From: Candidatus Parcubacteria bacterium
Lineage (GTDB): Bacteria > Patescibacteriota > Minisyncoccia > Phycocordibacterales > Phycocordibacteraceae
NCBI GenBank assembly: GCA_034666125.1
Contig: JAXDML010000002.1
Location: forward strand, 4,613-68,612
Length of the DNA stretch: 64,000 bases
Reading direction: 5' to 3'
A program made the translations under genes and the position numbers. Of this stretch, positions 26,560 through 34,719 are shown in pieces (within the stretch, counting starts at the first letter, position 1; each line of letters begins with the position of its first letter). Below the pieces are notes generated by a model. It made no database searches. It was given only the letters and a program-made list of their open reading frames with translations, and was not told the DNA's origin.

Positions 26560-27720
26560 ATGAAGCGAATCTTCTTAACGCTTCTCATCCTCTTATTCCC
26601 GCTTACGGGCCTGGCGGCGACATTCGTCAGCGAGAACGAGCTCACGCTTTCCGAACCCGTGCCGGATAACGCGTACGTCGCGGGAGCGAACGTGAGCGTA
26701 TCGACCGACCTGCCCGCCGATCTTACGGTCGCGGGAGGCACGGTCGGCATCTATGCGCCCGTTACGGGCGACGTGCTCGCCGCAGGCGGCACTGTCGTCA
26801 TCGAGCGCCCGGTGGGAGGCGATGTACGTGCGGCGTCAGGAAGAATCAACATCTCAAGCGACGTCGCCGGGGACGTGGCTGCAGCCGGGGGTACGGTCAC
26901 CGTATCGGGCAAGGCGCGCGGGGTGTACCTGTTCGGCGGCACGCTCGCGGTTACGGGAGGCGCCTCCGGTCCCGTCACGCTTTACGGAAGCGACATCACC
27001 CTCTCGGGCGACTTTTCAGGCGACGTCGAGATCATCGCTTCCGACCATTTCACCATCGGGGAGAACACGCACATCGCAGGAACCCTGCGCTATAACGCGC
27101 CCGAGCAGGCGGCCATCCCGGCCTCGGCGAAGATCGACGGGGGAGCGACGTACACCGGCTCGTATGCGTATGTCCCCACGAAGGAAGAGGCCCGCAAGTT
27201 CGCCCTTGCCGGCGCCGGCATCTTCCTGGTCGTGCGTACGCTTGCCGGCATGATCGTCGCGGGGCTTTTAGTAGGGCTCTTCCCGACGTTCGCCGGACGG
27301 ATCGCCGACCTCGCGCTTACGTCCGGAGGACGCCGCACGGCCCTGTTCGCCCTTCTGGGATTCGGATTGTTCGTCGCCTCGCCGCTTTTGATACTCTTGC
27401 TCCTGCTTTCGTTCGTAGGCGCCGGCATCGGGCTCCTGCTCGGCATCCTCTACCTCCTGCTCCTCCTGCTCGCGTACATCTATGCGGGCATCATCGCCGG
27501 AGCCGCTCTTCGCCGCCACGCGCTCGCGCGTTTCTCCTCACGCACTGAGATTTCCTGGCGCGACGCGGTCCTCGGTGTCCTCGTGCTGAACCTCATCGGC
27601 TTCGTTCCCGTCGTGGGACCGTTGGTCAAGTTCTTCCTCGCGATCGCCGCCGCCGGCATCCTTGCGAGCCTCGCGTACCGCTTCGCTTTCCGTTCGCTCG
27701 ATACCCAAGAGACGGTGTAA
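26560..27720 (+). CDS. Membrane protein with bactofilin-like beta-helix repeats
   Basis: Signal peptide; GDV.AAGG.V repeats; C-terminal multi-TM region. Confidence 0.75.
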   Translation: MKRIFLTLLILLFPLTGLAATFVSENELTLSEPVPDNAYVAGANVSVSTDLPADLTVAGGTVGIYAPVTGDVLAAGGTVVIERPVGGDVRAASGRINISSDVAGDVAAAGGTVTVSGKARGVYLFGGTLAVTGGASGPVTLYGSDITLSGDFSGDVEIIASDHFTIGENTHIAGTLRYNAPEQAAIPASAKIDGGATYTGSYAYVPTKEEARKFALAGAGIFLVVRTLAGMIVAGLLVGLFPTFAGRIADLALTSGGRRTALFALLGFGLFVASPLLILLLLLSFVGAGIGLLLGILYLLLLLLAYIYAGIIAGAALRRHALARFSSRTEISWRDAVLGVLVLNLIGFVPVVGPLVKFFLAIAAAGILASLAYRFAFRSLDTQETV

Positions 27721-27730
27721 GCTAATTTGA

Positions 27731-28966
27731 ATGGAAGCATACGATGTAGTTATAATCGGAGCCGGTGTAGCCGGGCTTTCCTGCGCGAAGGCCCTTACTG
27801 AAGGAGGGAAGAGAGTCATCTTACTTGAAGCACAGGAATATATAGGAGGGCGTATCAAGACCGATCGTATGTACGATACCGTGGAAATCGGTGCCGAATT
27901 CGTGCATGGCGAGAACGCCACAACCTGGGAAATCATTCGGGCAGAAGGACTGACTGCCGAGCCCTGGTCATTCAAGGGAATGTCCGACTATCGGGTATAC
28001 GGCGAAGACGGTCGAATTCGCCCAGACAGCAAGGAAATGATGGCGGCCATGTATGCCGCTGAGGAAGATCTATGGGAGTGCGAAGACCCGGCCATATCGG
28101 TGAACGCTTATGTAAATGCCCAAGACGTGCCCGAAGAGATTCGCTTCTATGCGAAACGGCATATAGGGGACGTAGAGGCTGCGGACACCGAAGACTTGAG
28201 TGCGGCCAAACTTGCTGCAGCAAGTCGAAGGTCGACCAATGGTGAGGAGAATTTCCGCATACTCGACGGCTACGACCGTATCCCTGAGGCGCTCGCGCGC
28301 GGGTTGGAAGTGCGCGTTGGCCACCCAGTGACGCAAGTCAATTGGAAAAGAGGATCCGTTGAAGTGCTCTGTGCAAACGGTGCGACATTCGTGGCACCTC
28401 GCCTGGTCTTCACCGTCCCGCTGGGCGTCTTGAAGAAGGATCTGTTGAAGTTCTCACCCGCTCTTCCTTCATCATTCACTGGAGCGGTGTCTCGTATAGG
28501 GTTCGGTGATAATTGCAAGATCCTTCTTTGGGTCGATTCCGAAGTTCCAGAATTTCGTATGATCGATACCAGGGGTTGGTACGGTCATTTTTGGCAACAG
28601 AAGAAAAGGAACGAAACGATTATCACCGGTTATTGCGGTGGCTCTCGCGCAACGAAACTTACGAATATGGGCGAGGCTGCGGCGATAGAAGTAGGTATCG
28701 AAGATATCGCAAGTGCGCTCGGCGAAGATATCCGTGCTCATGTCAAACAAGCTCGGTTTTGCTCTTGGTCGGATAACCCCTACATTCTCGGATCATATAG
28801 CTATCCGAAGCTCGGCATGGGCAACGCACGCACGGAAATTCAAGAGCCGGTTGCGGATACGCTTTACTATTGCGGCGAAGCGTCGCACGATAAAGGGCAC
28901 GCTTCGACCGTACACGGGGCGATCGAAATGGGTCGGGCGACCGCAAAACAAATACTTTATGGATAA
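27731..28966 (+). CDS. Flavin monoamine oxidase family protein
   Basis: GAGVAGL, EA...IGGRI, GAEFVHG, GSYS, TVHGA. Confidence 0.9.
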   Translation: MEAYDVVIIGAGVAGLSCAKALTEGGKRVILLEAQEYIGGRIKTDRMYDTVEIGAEFVHGENATTWEIIRAEGLTAEPWSFKGMSDYRVYGEDGRIRPDSKEMMAAMYAAEEDLWECEDPAISVNAYVNAQDVPEEIRFYAKRHIGDVEAADTEDLSAAKLAAASRRSTNGEENFRILDGYDRIPEALARGLEVRVGHPVTQVNWKRGSVEVLCANGATFVAPRLVFTVPLGVLKKDLLKFSPALPSSFTGAVSRIGFGDNCKILLWVDSEVPEFRMIDTRGWYGHFWQQKKRNETIITGYCGGSRATKLTNMGEAAAIEVGIEDIASALGEDIRAHVKQARFCSWSDNPYILGSYSYPKLGMGNARTEIQEPVADTLYYCGEASHDKGHASTVHGAIEMGRATAKQILYG

Positions 28967-29624
28967 AACTATTGAAAGGAGGGACCGCGCCGCCAAGCTC
29001 GTCGCGTACCTGAAGGACGCTTACCCGAAGCCGAAGACCGAGCTGCATTATGAAACCCCGTTCCAACTCGTTACCGCAGTCATGCTCTCCGCGCAGTGCA
29101 CGGATAAGAAGGTGAACGAGGTGACGGACGCGCTGCTGTTTAAGAAATATAAGACAGCGAATGATTTTGCGAATGCCGACCTCGATACTCTTATAAGCGA
29201 AACGCGCGGCATCACTTTTAATGCAGCGAAGGCGAAGAATCTCATCGCGGCCGCTACGCTTGTGCGGGACAACTTTGGGGGAGACGTACCGAAGACTCAG
29301 GAGGAGCTCATAACGCTCCCGGGAGTCGCGTACAAGACCGCGCATGTCGTGCTCGGTGAGCTGTATGACCTCTGGGAGGGCATCCCGACCGATACTCATG
29401 TGCGTCGTTTTTCGATCCGCTTCGACCTCACCGATAACACCGATCTTACGAAGATATCAAAGGACCTGGAGCAGCTCATCCCGAAGGCGGATTGGCGGTA
29501 CGTGAACAACGGCTTCGTCCTCTACGGCCGGTACGTTTGTCCGGCACGTCCGCACGAGTGCGACGACCATCCGCTCACGCTCCTATGGCCTCCCGCCGCG
29601 CATATCTGGCCGAAGGCGAAATAG
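28959..29624 (+). CDS. nth: Endonuclease III (HhH-GPD) with degenerate Fe-S motif
   Basis: LSAQCTD, LPGVAYKTA, PTDTHV. Confidence 0.9.
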   Translation: MDKTIERRDRAAKLVAYLKDAYPKPKTELHYETPFQLVTAVMLSAQCTDKKVNEVTDALLFKKYKTANDFANADLDTLISETRGITFNAAKAKNLIAAATLVRDNFGGDVPKTQEELITLPGVAYKTAHVVLGELYDLWEGIPTDTHVRRFSIRFDLTDNTDLTKISKDLEQLIPKADWRYVNNGFVLYGRYVCPARPHECDDHPLTLLWPPAAHIWPKAK

Positions 29625-29625
29625 C

Positions 29626-29654
29626 TTGACAGGCGGAAATCCTTCGGTTAGAGT
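29626..29654 (+). promoter_or_regulatory. Promoter TTGACA-N17-TAGAGT
   Basis: Directly precedes the rod-shaped RNA. Confidence 0.75.
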
Positions 29655-29661
29655 CTCCTTA

Positions 29662-29823
29662 GGTCCGGTCTCCGAAGCAGTTGGCCCCGTGATGCTCCCT
29701 CCGGAGAATGGCAGCACGTGTGTCTGTGTGATGGCTGTGGCGCCTCGGCGTCTCTGGCTGACTAATCAGCATGCTTGTCATTGGGCTTTGAATCATTGAA
29801 GCCAATTACCACGAGGCCGGACC
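29662..29823 (+). ncRNA. 6S-like RNA (long rod with central bubble)
   Basis: GGUCCGGUCUC/GAGGCCGGACC closing stem, nested stems (AGUUGGC/GCCAAUU, GUGAU/AUCAU, AAUGGCA/UGUCAUU), own promoter and terminator. Confidence 0.6.
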
Positions 29824-29868
29824 GCCTCACCCTAGTTCATTCGTTCGCTTTATATGTTCTCTCAAAAC

Positions 29869-29890
29869 AAGGCACCGGTGGTGCCTTTTT
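29869..29890 (+). terminator. Intrinsic terminator
   Basis: AAGGCACC-GGT-GGTGCCTTTTT. Confidence 0.75.
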
Positions 29891-29928
29891 CGCTTTTATC
29901 TATTCGCGCAAGACGGTACCATTAACTA

Positions 29929-30621
29929 ATGGAAATGGAACGGCCGGTAGCAGTGTTCGATATCGACGGAACGGTCTTCCGCTCGTCGCTCCTGATCGAG
30001 CTCGTTGACCGCCTGGTGCTGCGCGGCGTCTTCCCCGAGGCCGCGCGTGTCTATTATGAGAAGGCGCGGGAGGAATGGCTCAACCGCGAGGGCGACTACG
30101 AGCCCTATATTAAAAAAGTTGTCCTGGCGTTCGCGAAGCACCTGAAAGGCATTCCGTTCGGCGACGTGGCCGATGTCGCGGGCGAGGCCATCGAGGAGAC
30201 GCGCTACCGAACGTACCGCTACACGCGCGACCTCATCCAGGAGCTTAAGGCCAAAGGCTACTTCCTCCTCGCGGTGTCGCATTCACCCAAGTTCATCGTG
30301 GACGGCTTCTGCTACGAACTCGGCTTCGATAAGTCGTACGGCTCGTTCTATGACACTGGCGCCTCCAACCGCTTCACCGGCGAGATAGTCGACGAGCATC
30401 TCATCATGAATAAGGCGGCGATACTGAAGCGTGCCGTCGAGAAGGAGAACCTTACGTTCAAAGACTCGGTCGGCGTGGGCGATACCGAGAGCGACGTCTC
30501 GATGCTTTCGCTCGTGGACGAGCCCATCGCTTTCAATCCGAACCGCGGCCTCTATCGCCACGCCAAGCAGCACCAGTGGAAGATCGTCGTGGAGCGGAAG
30601 GACGTGATTTACGAGATCTAA
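29929..30621 (+). CDS. HAD-IB (SerB-like) hydrolase
   Basis: FDIDGT, VSHS, K, GDTESD..ML, FNP. Confidence 0.9.
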   Translation: MEMERPVAVFDIDGTVFRSSLLIELVDRLVLRGVFPEAARVYYEKAREEWLNREGDYEPYIKKVVLAFAKHLKGIPFGDVADVAGEAIEETRYRTYRYTRDLIQELKAKGYFLLAVSHSPKFIVDGFCYELGFDKSYGSFYDTGASNRFTGEIVDEHLIMNKAAILKRAVEKENLTFKDSVGVGDTESDVSMLSLVDEPIAFNPNRGLYRHAKQHQWKIVVERKDVIYEI

Positions 30622-30727
30622 AGAGATCCGCCGCGACGCGACTGAAACGGGATCCGTGCTATTGTTTCTGCGGATGAACGCCGCATGGTGCGGCCGATGT
30701 GTCCATTTATGACGGGAGGGACTGGGC

Positions 30728-31768
30728 ATGGACTGGTCACAGCTTTCGCTCATTGCCGCATTGGTGCTTTTCCTCGTGCTTGCGGCCGAATGTTCGAACG
30801 GCTGGAGCGACGCGCCCGTCGGGACATCCGCGGCAGTCGCTTCGGGAGTGCTCACCAGCAGCCAGGCACTCCGTGTTACGGCTGTCGGAAATTTCCTGGG
30901 CGTGCTGGCGGGAGTCCTGCTCGGTGCAGCGGTCGCAAAGACGATCGGGACCGGCATCGTCAGGCCGGAGATGGTCTCGATCAGCTCGATCGGCATCGCC
31001 ATGGGCACTACCATCGCGTGGGCCGGAATTGCGCTCGTCCTCGGCCTTCCGGTGAGCAAGACGCATTCGCTCCTGGCAGCCCTTGCCGGAATCGGGTTCG
31101 CCCAGGGCGGGTTCGACGCACTGACCCCCGCAAGCGGCAACTGGCGCGACAGCGGCTGGGTAGCCGTGGGTATCGGCATGTTCCTTGCCATCGTGTGCGG
31201 GTCCGCCATAGCGTGGTTCGCCGCGAGCGTGGTGACGAAGCTCGGATGGCACGAAAAAGTCACCGACCAATGGTGGCGCCGCCTGCAGCTCTGCACTGTC
31301 TGGGGCGTATCTTCCGGGCATGGTTTCAACGACGGACTGAAATACGCCGGCATCTTCACGCTCGTGCTCTACAAGGCCGGCGCGATACCGGAGTTCCACG
31401 TCCTTCCGGAGGTCATCGCGCTATGCGCGGTGGTCATGGGCTTGGGAACGCTCCTGGGTGGCTGGAGGATCCATCAGCGACTGGACGGAATGGTCAACCA
31501 GCAAGAGCAAGCCGGTTCGCTCAAGAAGCCGTTCAGGCCGTATATGGGCGTCTGTGCCGAGAGCACCTCCGCTTTCTTCATCTGGCAGACCGGGTGGCTG
31601 GGCATTCCCATGAGTACCAACCACGGGGTCGTGTCCTCTATGGCGGGCGCCAAGTCGGCGGAGGGCAAGGTTCACACCTCTTCGATCATCAGGATCGTAT
31701 GGGGATGGGTCGTAACCTACGTGTTCTGCTTCATTATCGCGAACCTGCTCGCTGCGTCGATGCTCTGA
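30728..31768 (+). CDS. PiT family inorganic phosphate transporter
   Basis: NGWSDA, VAKTIG.GIV, GLPVSKTH, HGFNDG, GIPMSTNH. Confidence 0.88.
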   Translation: MDWSQLSLIAALVLFLVLAAECSNGWSDAPVGTSAAVASGVLTSSQALRVTAVGNFLGVLAGVLLGAAVAKTIGTGIVRPEMVSISSIGIAMGTTIAWAGIALVLGLPVSKTHSLLAALAGIGFAQGGFDALTPASGNWRDSGWVAVGIGMFLAIVCGSAIAWFAASVVTKLGWHEKVTDQWWRRLQLCTVWGVSSGHGFNDGLKYAGIFTLVLYKAGAIPEFHVLPEVIALCAVVMGLGTLLGGWRIHQRLDGMVNQQEQAGSLKKPFRPYMGVCAESTSAFFIWQTGWLGIPMSTNHGVVSSMAGAKSAEGKVHTSSIIRIVWGWVVTYVFCFIIANLLAASML

Positions 31769-31850
31769 CACACGCGGGCTCTGGGGGTCGTGGCGCATGC
31801 CGCGGCCCTCGTTTTTTGTAGCTGACTTGATAATTCGCTATACTAGCCGC

Positions 31851-32096
31851 ATGGAAAAGAAGCTCTATCGCAGCCGCGAGCATCGCGTCGTTTCGGGGGT
31901 GCTGGGAGGATTGGGGGAATATTTCACTATCGACCCCGTCATCGTGCGGCTTCTGTTCATCATCGTTACCCTCGCGACGGGATTCTTCCCGGGGCTCATC
32001 GCGTACGTCGTCGCGGTATATATCGTTCCCGAAGTGCCATTCATCGTTCATTCGGCTCCGATATCGGCAGAAGGGGATGACACTCCCGCAGTTTAG
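31851..32096 (+). CDS. PspC domain protein
   Basis: KKLYRS...VVSGVLGGLGEYF.IDPVIVRL. Confidence 0.9.
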   Translation: MEKKLYRSREHRVVSGVLGGLGEYFTIDPVIVRLLFIIVTLATGFFPGLIAYVVAVYIVPEVPFIVHSAPISAEGDDTPAV

Positions 32097-32946
32097 GAGG
32101 ATCGTCTGGAAGCACGCCGTCGCGCACGGACGGCGTGCGTTGCCGTGGCGCAGACGTTCGGCAACGCCATACGCCATCCTCGTATCCGAGATCATGCTTC
32201 AGCAGACGCAGGTGGACCGGGTCGTCCCGTACTACCGAGCCTTCCTGAAGCGTTTCCCGACGGTGCGCTCGCTCGCGAACGCACCGCTCGGCGACGTACT
32301 CAAGGTCTGGCAGGGGCTCGGGTACAATCGCCGCGCGAAGATGCTGCACGAGGCGGCGGAGGCGATAGTTCGTACGCAGGGCGGAAGAGTACCCCACGAC
32401 GCGCGGTCGCTCGAAAAGCTTCCCGGTATCGGTCCTTACACGGCGCGCGCTGTCATTGCTTTCGCATACAACGAAGATGCGGTGTTCATAGAGACGAACC
32501 TGCGCACAGCGGTCATCCATCATTTCTTCCCGGGCCAGGAAAAGGTAGAGGATACGGAACTGCTTGCGATACTCGCAAAAGCGCTTCCGAAAGGCCGCGC
32601 GCGCGAATGGTACGCCGCGCTCATGGACTATGGCGCGCATCTCAAGCGCTCGGGAGTCCGCGTGAATTCCCGCTCCGCGACCTATACGAAGCAGAAAGCA
32701 TTCAAAGGATCGAACAGGGAAGCGCGCGGCGTCATCCTCAGGGCTCTCGTGAACGGTCCGCAGACCTCCCGGAAGCTCTATACGCTTCTCGGGGGCGAAC
32801 GCCGGGAGCAAATGAAGCTCGCGCTCGCTACGCTCGTCCGCGATGGCATGCTCCAAGCAGCAGGCACAGCATACCGCCTTCCGAGCGCGGGTCGCGTATC
32901 ATCCGCGCGCTCCACAGGCCGACCAAAAGTATCCCGGCGCCGGTGA
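32077..32946 (+). CDS. mutY: A/G-specific adenine glycosylase, short Fe-S-less form
   Basis: LPWR, VSEIMLQQTQV, WQGLGYNRRA, LPGIGPYTA. Confidence 0.88.
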   Translation: MTLPQFRRIVWKHAVAHGRRALPWRRRSATPYAILVSEIMLQQTQVDRVVPYYRAFLKRFPTVRSLANAPLGDVLKVWQGLGYNRRAKMLHEAAEAIVRTQGGRVPHDARSLEKLPGIGPYTARAVIAFAYNEDAVFIETNLRTAVIHHFFPGQEKVEDTELLAILAKALPKGRAREWYAALMDYGAHLKRSGVRVNSRSATYTKQKAFKGSNREARGVILRALVNGPQTSRKLYTLLGGERREQMKLALATLVRDGMLQAAGTAYRLPSAGRVSSARSTGRPKVSRRR

Positions 32947-34039
32947 TCGCGAAGAAGGTCGCGTAGCTCGTGACCGATAGGAGCACGCTGCCGATGATCG
33001 GGGCGATAAGCGCGCCGCCCGGGCGCATCATGCGGAAGACGCTCAGCGTATTGGTATCGTTCACGGATACGCGCCTGAAGAAGTGCCCTTCCACCATCGC
33101 CTCGACGAGCGCCGCGCCGGTGCGGGACAGGACGAGCAGGACCATGATGGACGCGAACGGCGTCGCTTCCGTGATGAGCCCGGTCGCCGCGAGCGCGAGT
33201 CCCATGATCACGAAGCCCGCGATGAGGATGCGCTTGTCGCCAAGCTTGGTGTCGGCGAGCCATCCGGCCGGGAACTCGAGGAGCACGAAGGGGACGAGCA
33301 TCACCGCGAATATCCAGCCGAGCTCGCTCCAGGGGATACCGAGTACCGTGTGGAGATAGAGCGGGATATAGAGCGGTGCCAGGTGGAAAAATATCTGGAG
33401 CACTGCGGCGGCAAGCGCGATGCCCCGCAGGTCCTTGTCCTTCATGATGCACAGGCACGCCTTCTTCACGTTCGTCTGCATGGGCGCGGTATCGGGCCGG
33501 GGGAGGGACTTGAGCGACATGAGGAGTATGAAGGGCACGAGCGTGAGCGCGGCGACCAGGAAGACGAGCCCGTATTGGTTAGAGCCGTCAAGCAGGAAGC
33601 CGGTCACGATCGGAGCGAGTACGAGCGCGACGTTGCCGGCAGTGAGGAAGGCCGTGCGGATGCGTCCCGTGAAGCTCTCATCGGTGACCGCGGCCTCGAG
33701 AAGCAGGTCCTGCTGGTATCCGATGAACGGCGAGTTCGCACAGGCAAGCGCGGCCAATAAGACCGCAAGGAGCGGCATCGGATCAAAGGCAAGCGCGAGC
33801 AATATCGCTATTTCGAGCAGGGAAAGGACGATGACGAGCTTCTGCGGCCCGTACTTCGCGACAAGCTTCGGCATGAGGGGGTAGATGCTGAGCGTGACGA
33901 CCGCACCCAGGGATATCGCAAGCCCCGACACCGCGGCCGGCATCAGCGTCGCCAGATACGGCGCGAGAATATAGATGATCAGGAAGAAGTGCGCGGCGGA
34001 AAAGAAGTTCCCGAGCGAAAGAACAGCGATGCGTCGCAT
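32828..34039 (-). CDS. MFS transporter
   Basis: ~12 TM; GWLADTKLG motif; 3' end overlaps mutY. Confidence 0.85.
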   Translation of the reverse strand: MRRIAVLSLGNFFSAAHFFLIIYILAPYLATLMPAAVSGLAISLGAVVTLSIYPLMPKLVAKYGPQKLVIVLSLLEIAILLALAFDPMPLLAVLLAALACANSPFIGYQQDLLLEAAVTDESFTGRIRTAFLTAGNVALVLAPIVTGFLLDGSNQYGLVFLVAALTLVPFILLMSLKSLPRPDTAPMQTNVKKACLCIMKDKDLRGIALAAAVLQIFFHLAPLYIPLYLHTVLGIPWSELGWIFAVMLVPFVLLEFPAGWLADTKLGDKRILIAGFVIMGLALAATGLITEATPFASIMVLLVLSRTGAALVEAMVEGHFFRRVSVNDTNTLSVFRMMRPGGALIAPIIGSVLLSVTSYATFFAITGAGILLVGLWSARMIRDPRSEGGMLCLLLGACHRGRA

Positions 34040-34107
34040 ATGGAGGGATTGTAGCATTGGCTGAAGGCTCGGAACCCCGCCCGCCATCTACGATATACTT
34101 CGAGCAA

Positions 34108-34629
34108 ATGGAAATACCGCCGGGAACTCCGGAGTTTGGCATACGAAGAGAGAACGAGGAACGCCGGGACGGGGGATGCGGCGTCGTGTTCGACCCTGGT
34201 AGCCAGAAGTATGCCGTCGGCCGCAGGGATGCTGACGGCCATCTGCTCCTGTTTTCCGGAGGAGTCGATACCGACGAAGATCCTCAGGCCGGGATCCTTA
34301 GGGAGGTCACCGAAGAAAGCGGGCTTTACGATTTCATCTACGTAGAGAAAGTAGCGGATGCGCTTACCCACTATCACAACGTCCTGAAGGGAGTGAACCG
34401 TGTCGCCTACGCGACCTGCTACCTCGCCATTCTCGGCAGTTCGAAGCAGTTGCCGCTGAAGCTCGAAGAACACGAAAAGTTTTCTCTTTGTTGGAAGACT
34501 GCGGATGAGATACTCAAAAGCTGGGAAGAAAACAACGAGGACAAAAGTTACGACCACTGGATTTATTTCTTCAAGAAAGCGGTTGATCGCGTAGCAGCCC
34601 TGGACTACGGCGTCAGTAAGGGCGGCTAA
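34108..34629 (+). CDS. NUDIX hydrolase
   Basis: GGVDTDEDPQAGILREVTEESG. Confidence 0.85.
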   Translation: MEIPPGTPEFGIRRENEERRDGGCGVVFDPGSQKYAVGRRDADGHLLLFSGGVDTDEDPQAGILREVTEESGLYDFIYVEKVADALTHYHNVLKGVNRVAYATCYLAILGSSKQLPLKLEEHEKFSLCWKTADEILKSWEENNEDKSYDHWIYFFKKAVDRVAALDYGVSKGG

Positions 34630-34673
34630 GCGTAAGCCAGTTCCGGCATCGTTCCGGACTGCCGCGGATAAGA

Positions 34674-34706
34674 CAAAACAGCCCCGCAGAAAGCGGGGCT
34701 GTTTTG
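34674..34706. terminator. Bidirectional terminator
   Basis: CAAAACAGCCCCGC / GCGGGGCTGTTTTG. Confidence 0.88.
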
Positions 34707-34719
34707 AGTACGGTATGGA

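Noticed and set aside
29661-29680. AGGTCCGG...GAAGCAG resembling SRP RNA helix 8
   Set aside because: No GNRA loop, and the segment pairs with the RNA's 3' end as a terminal stem.
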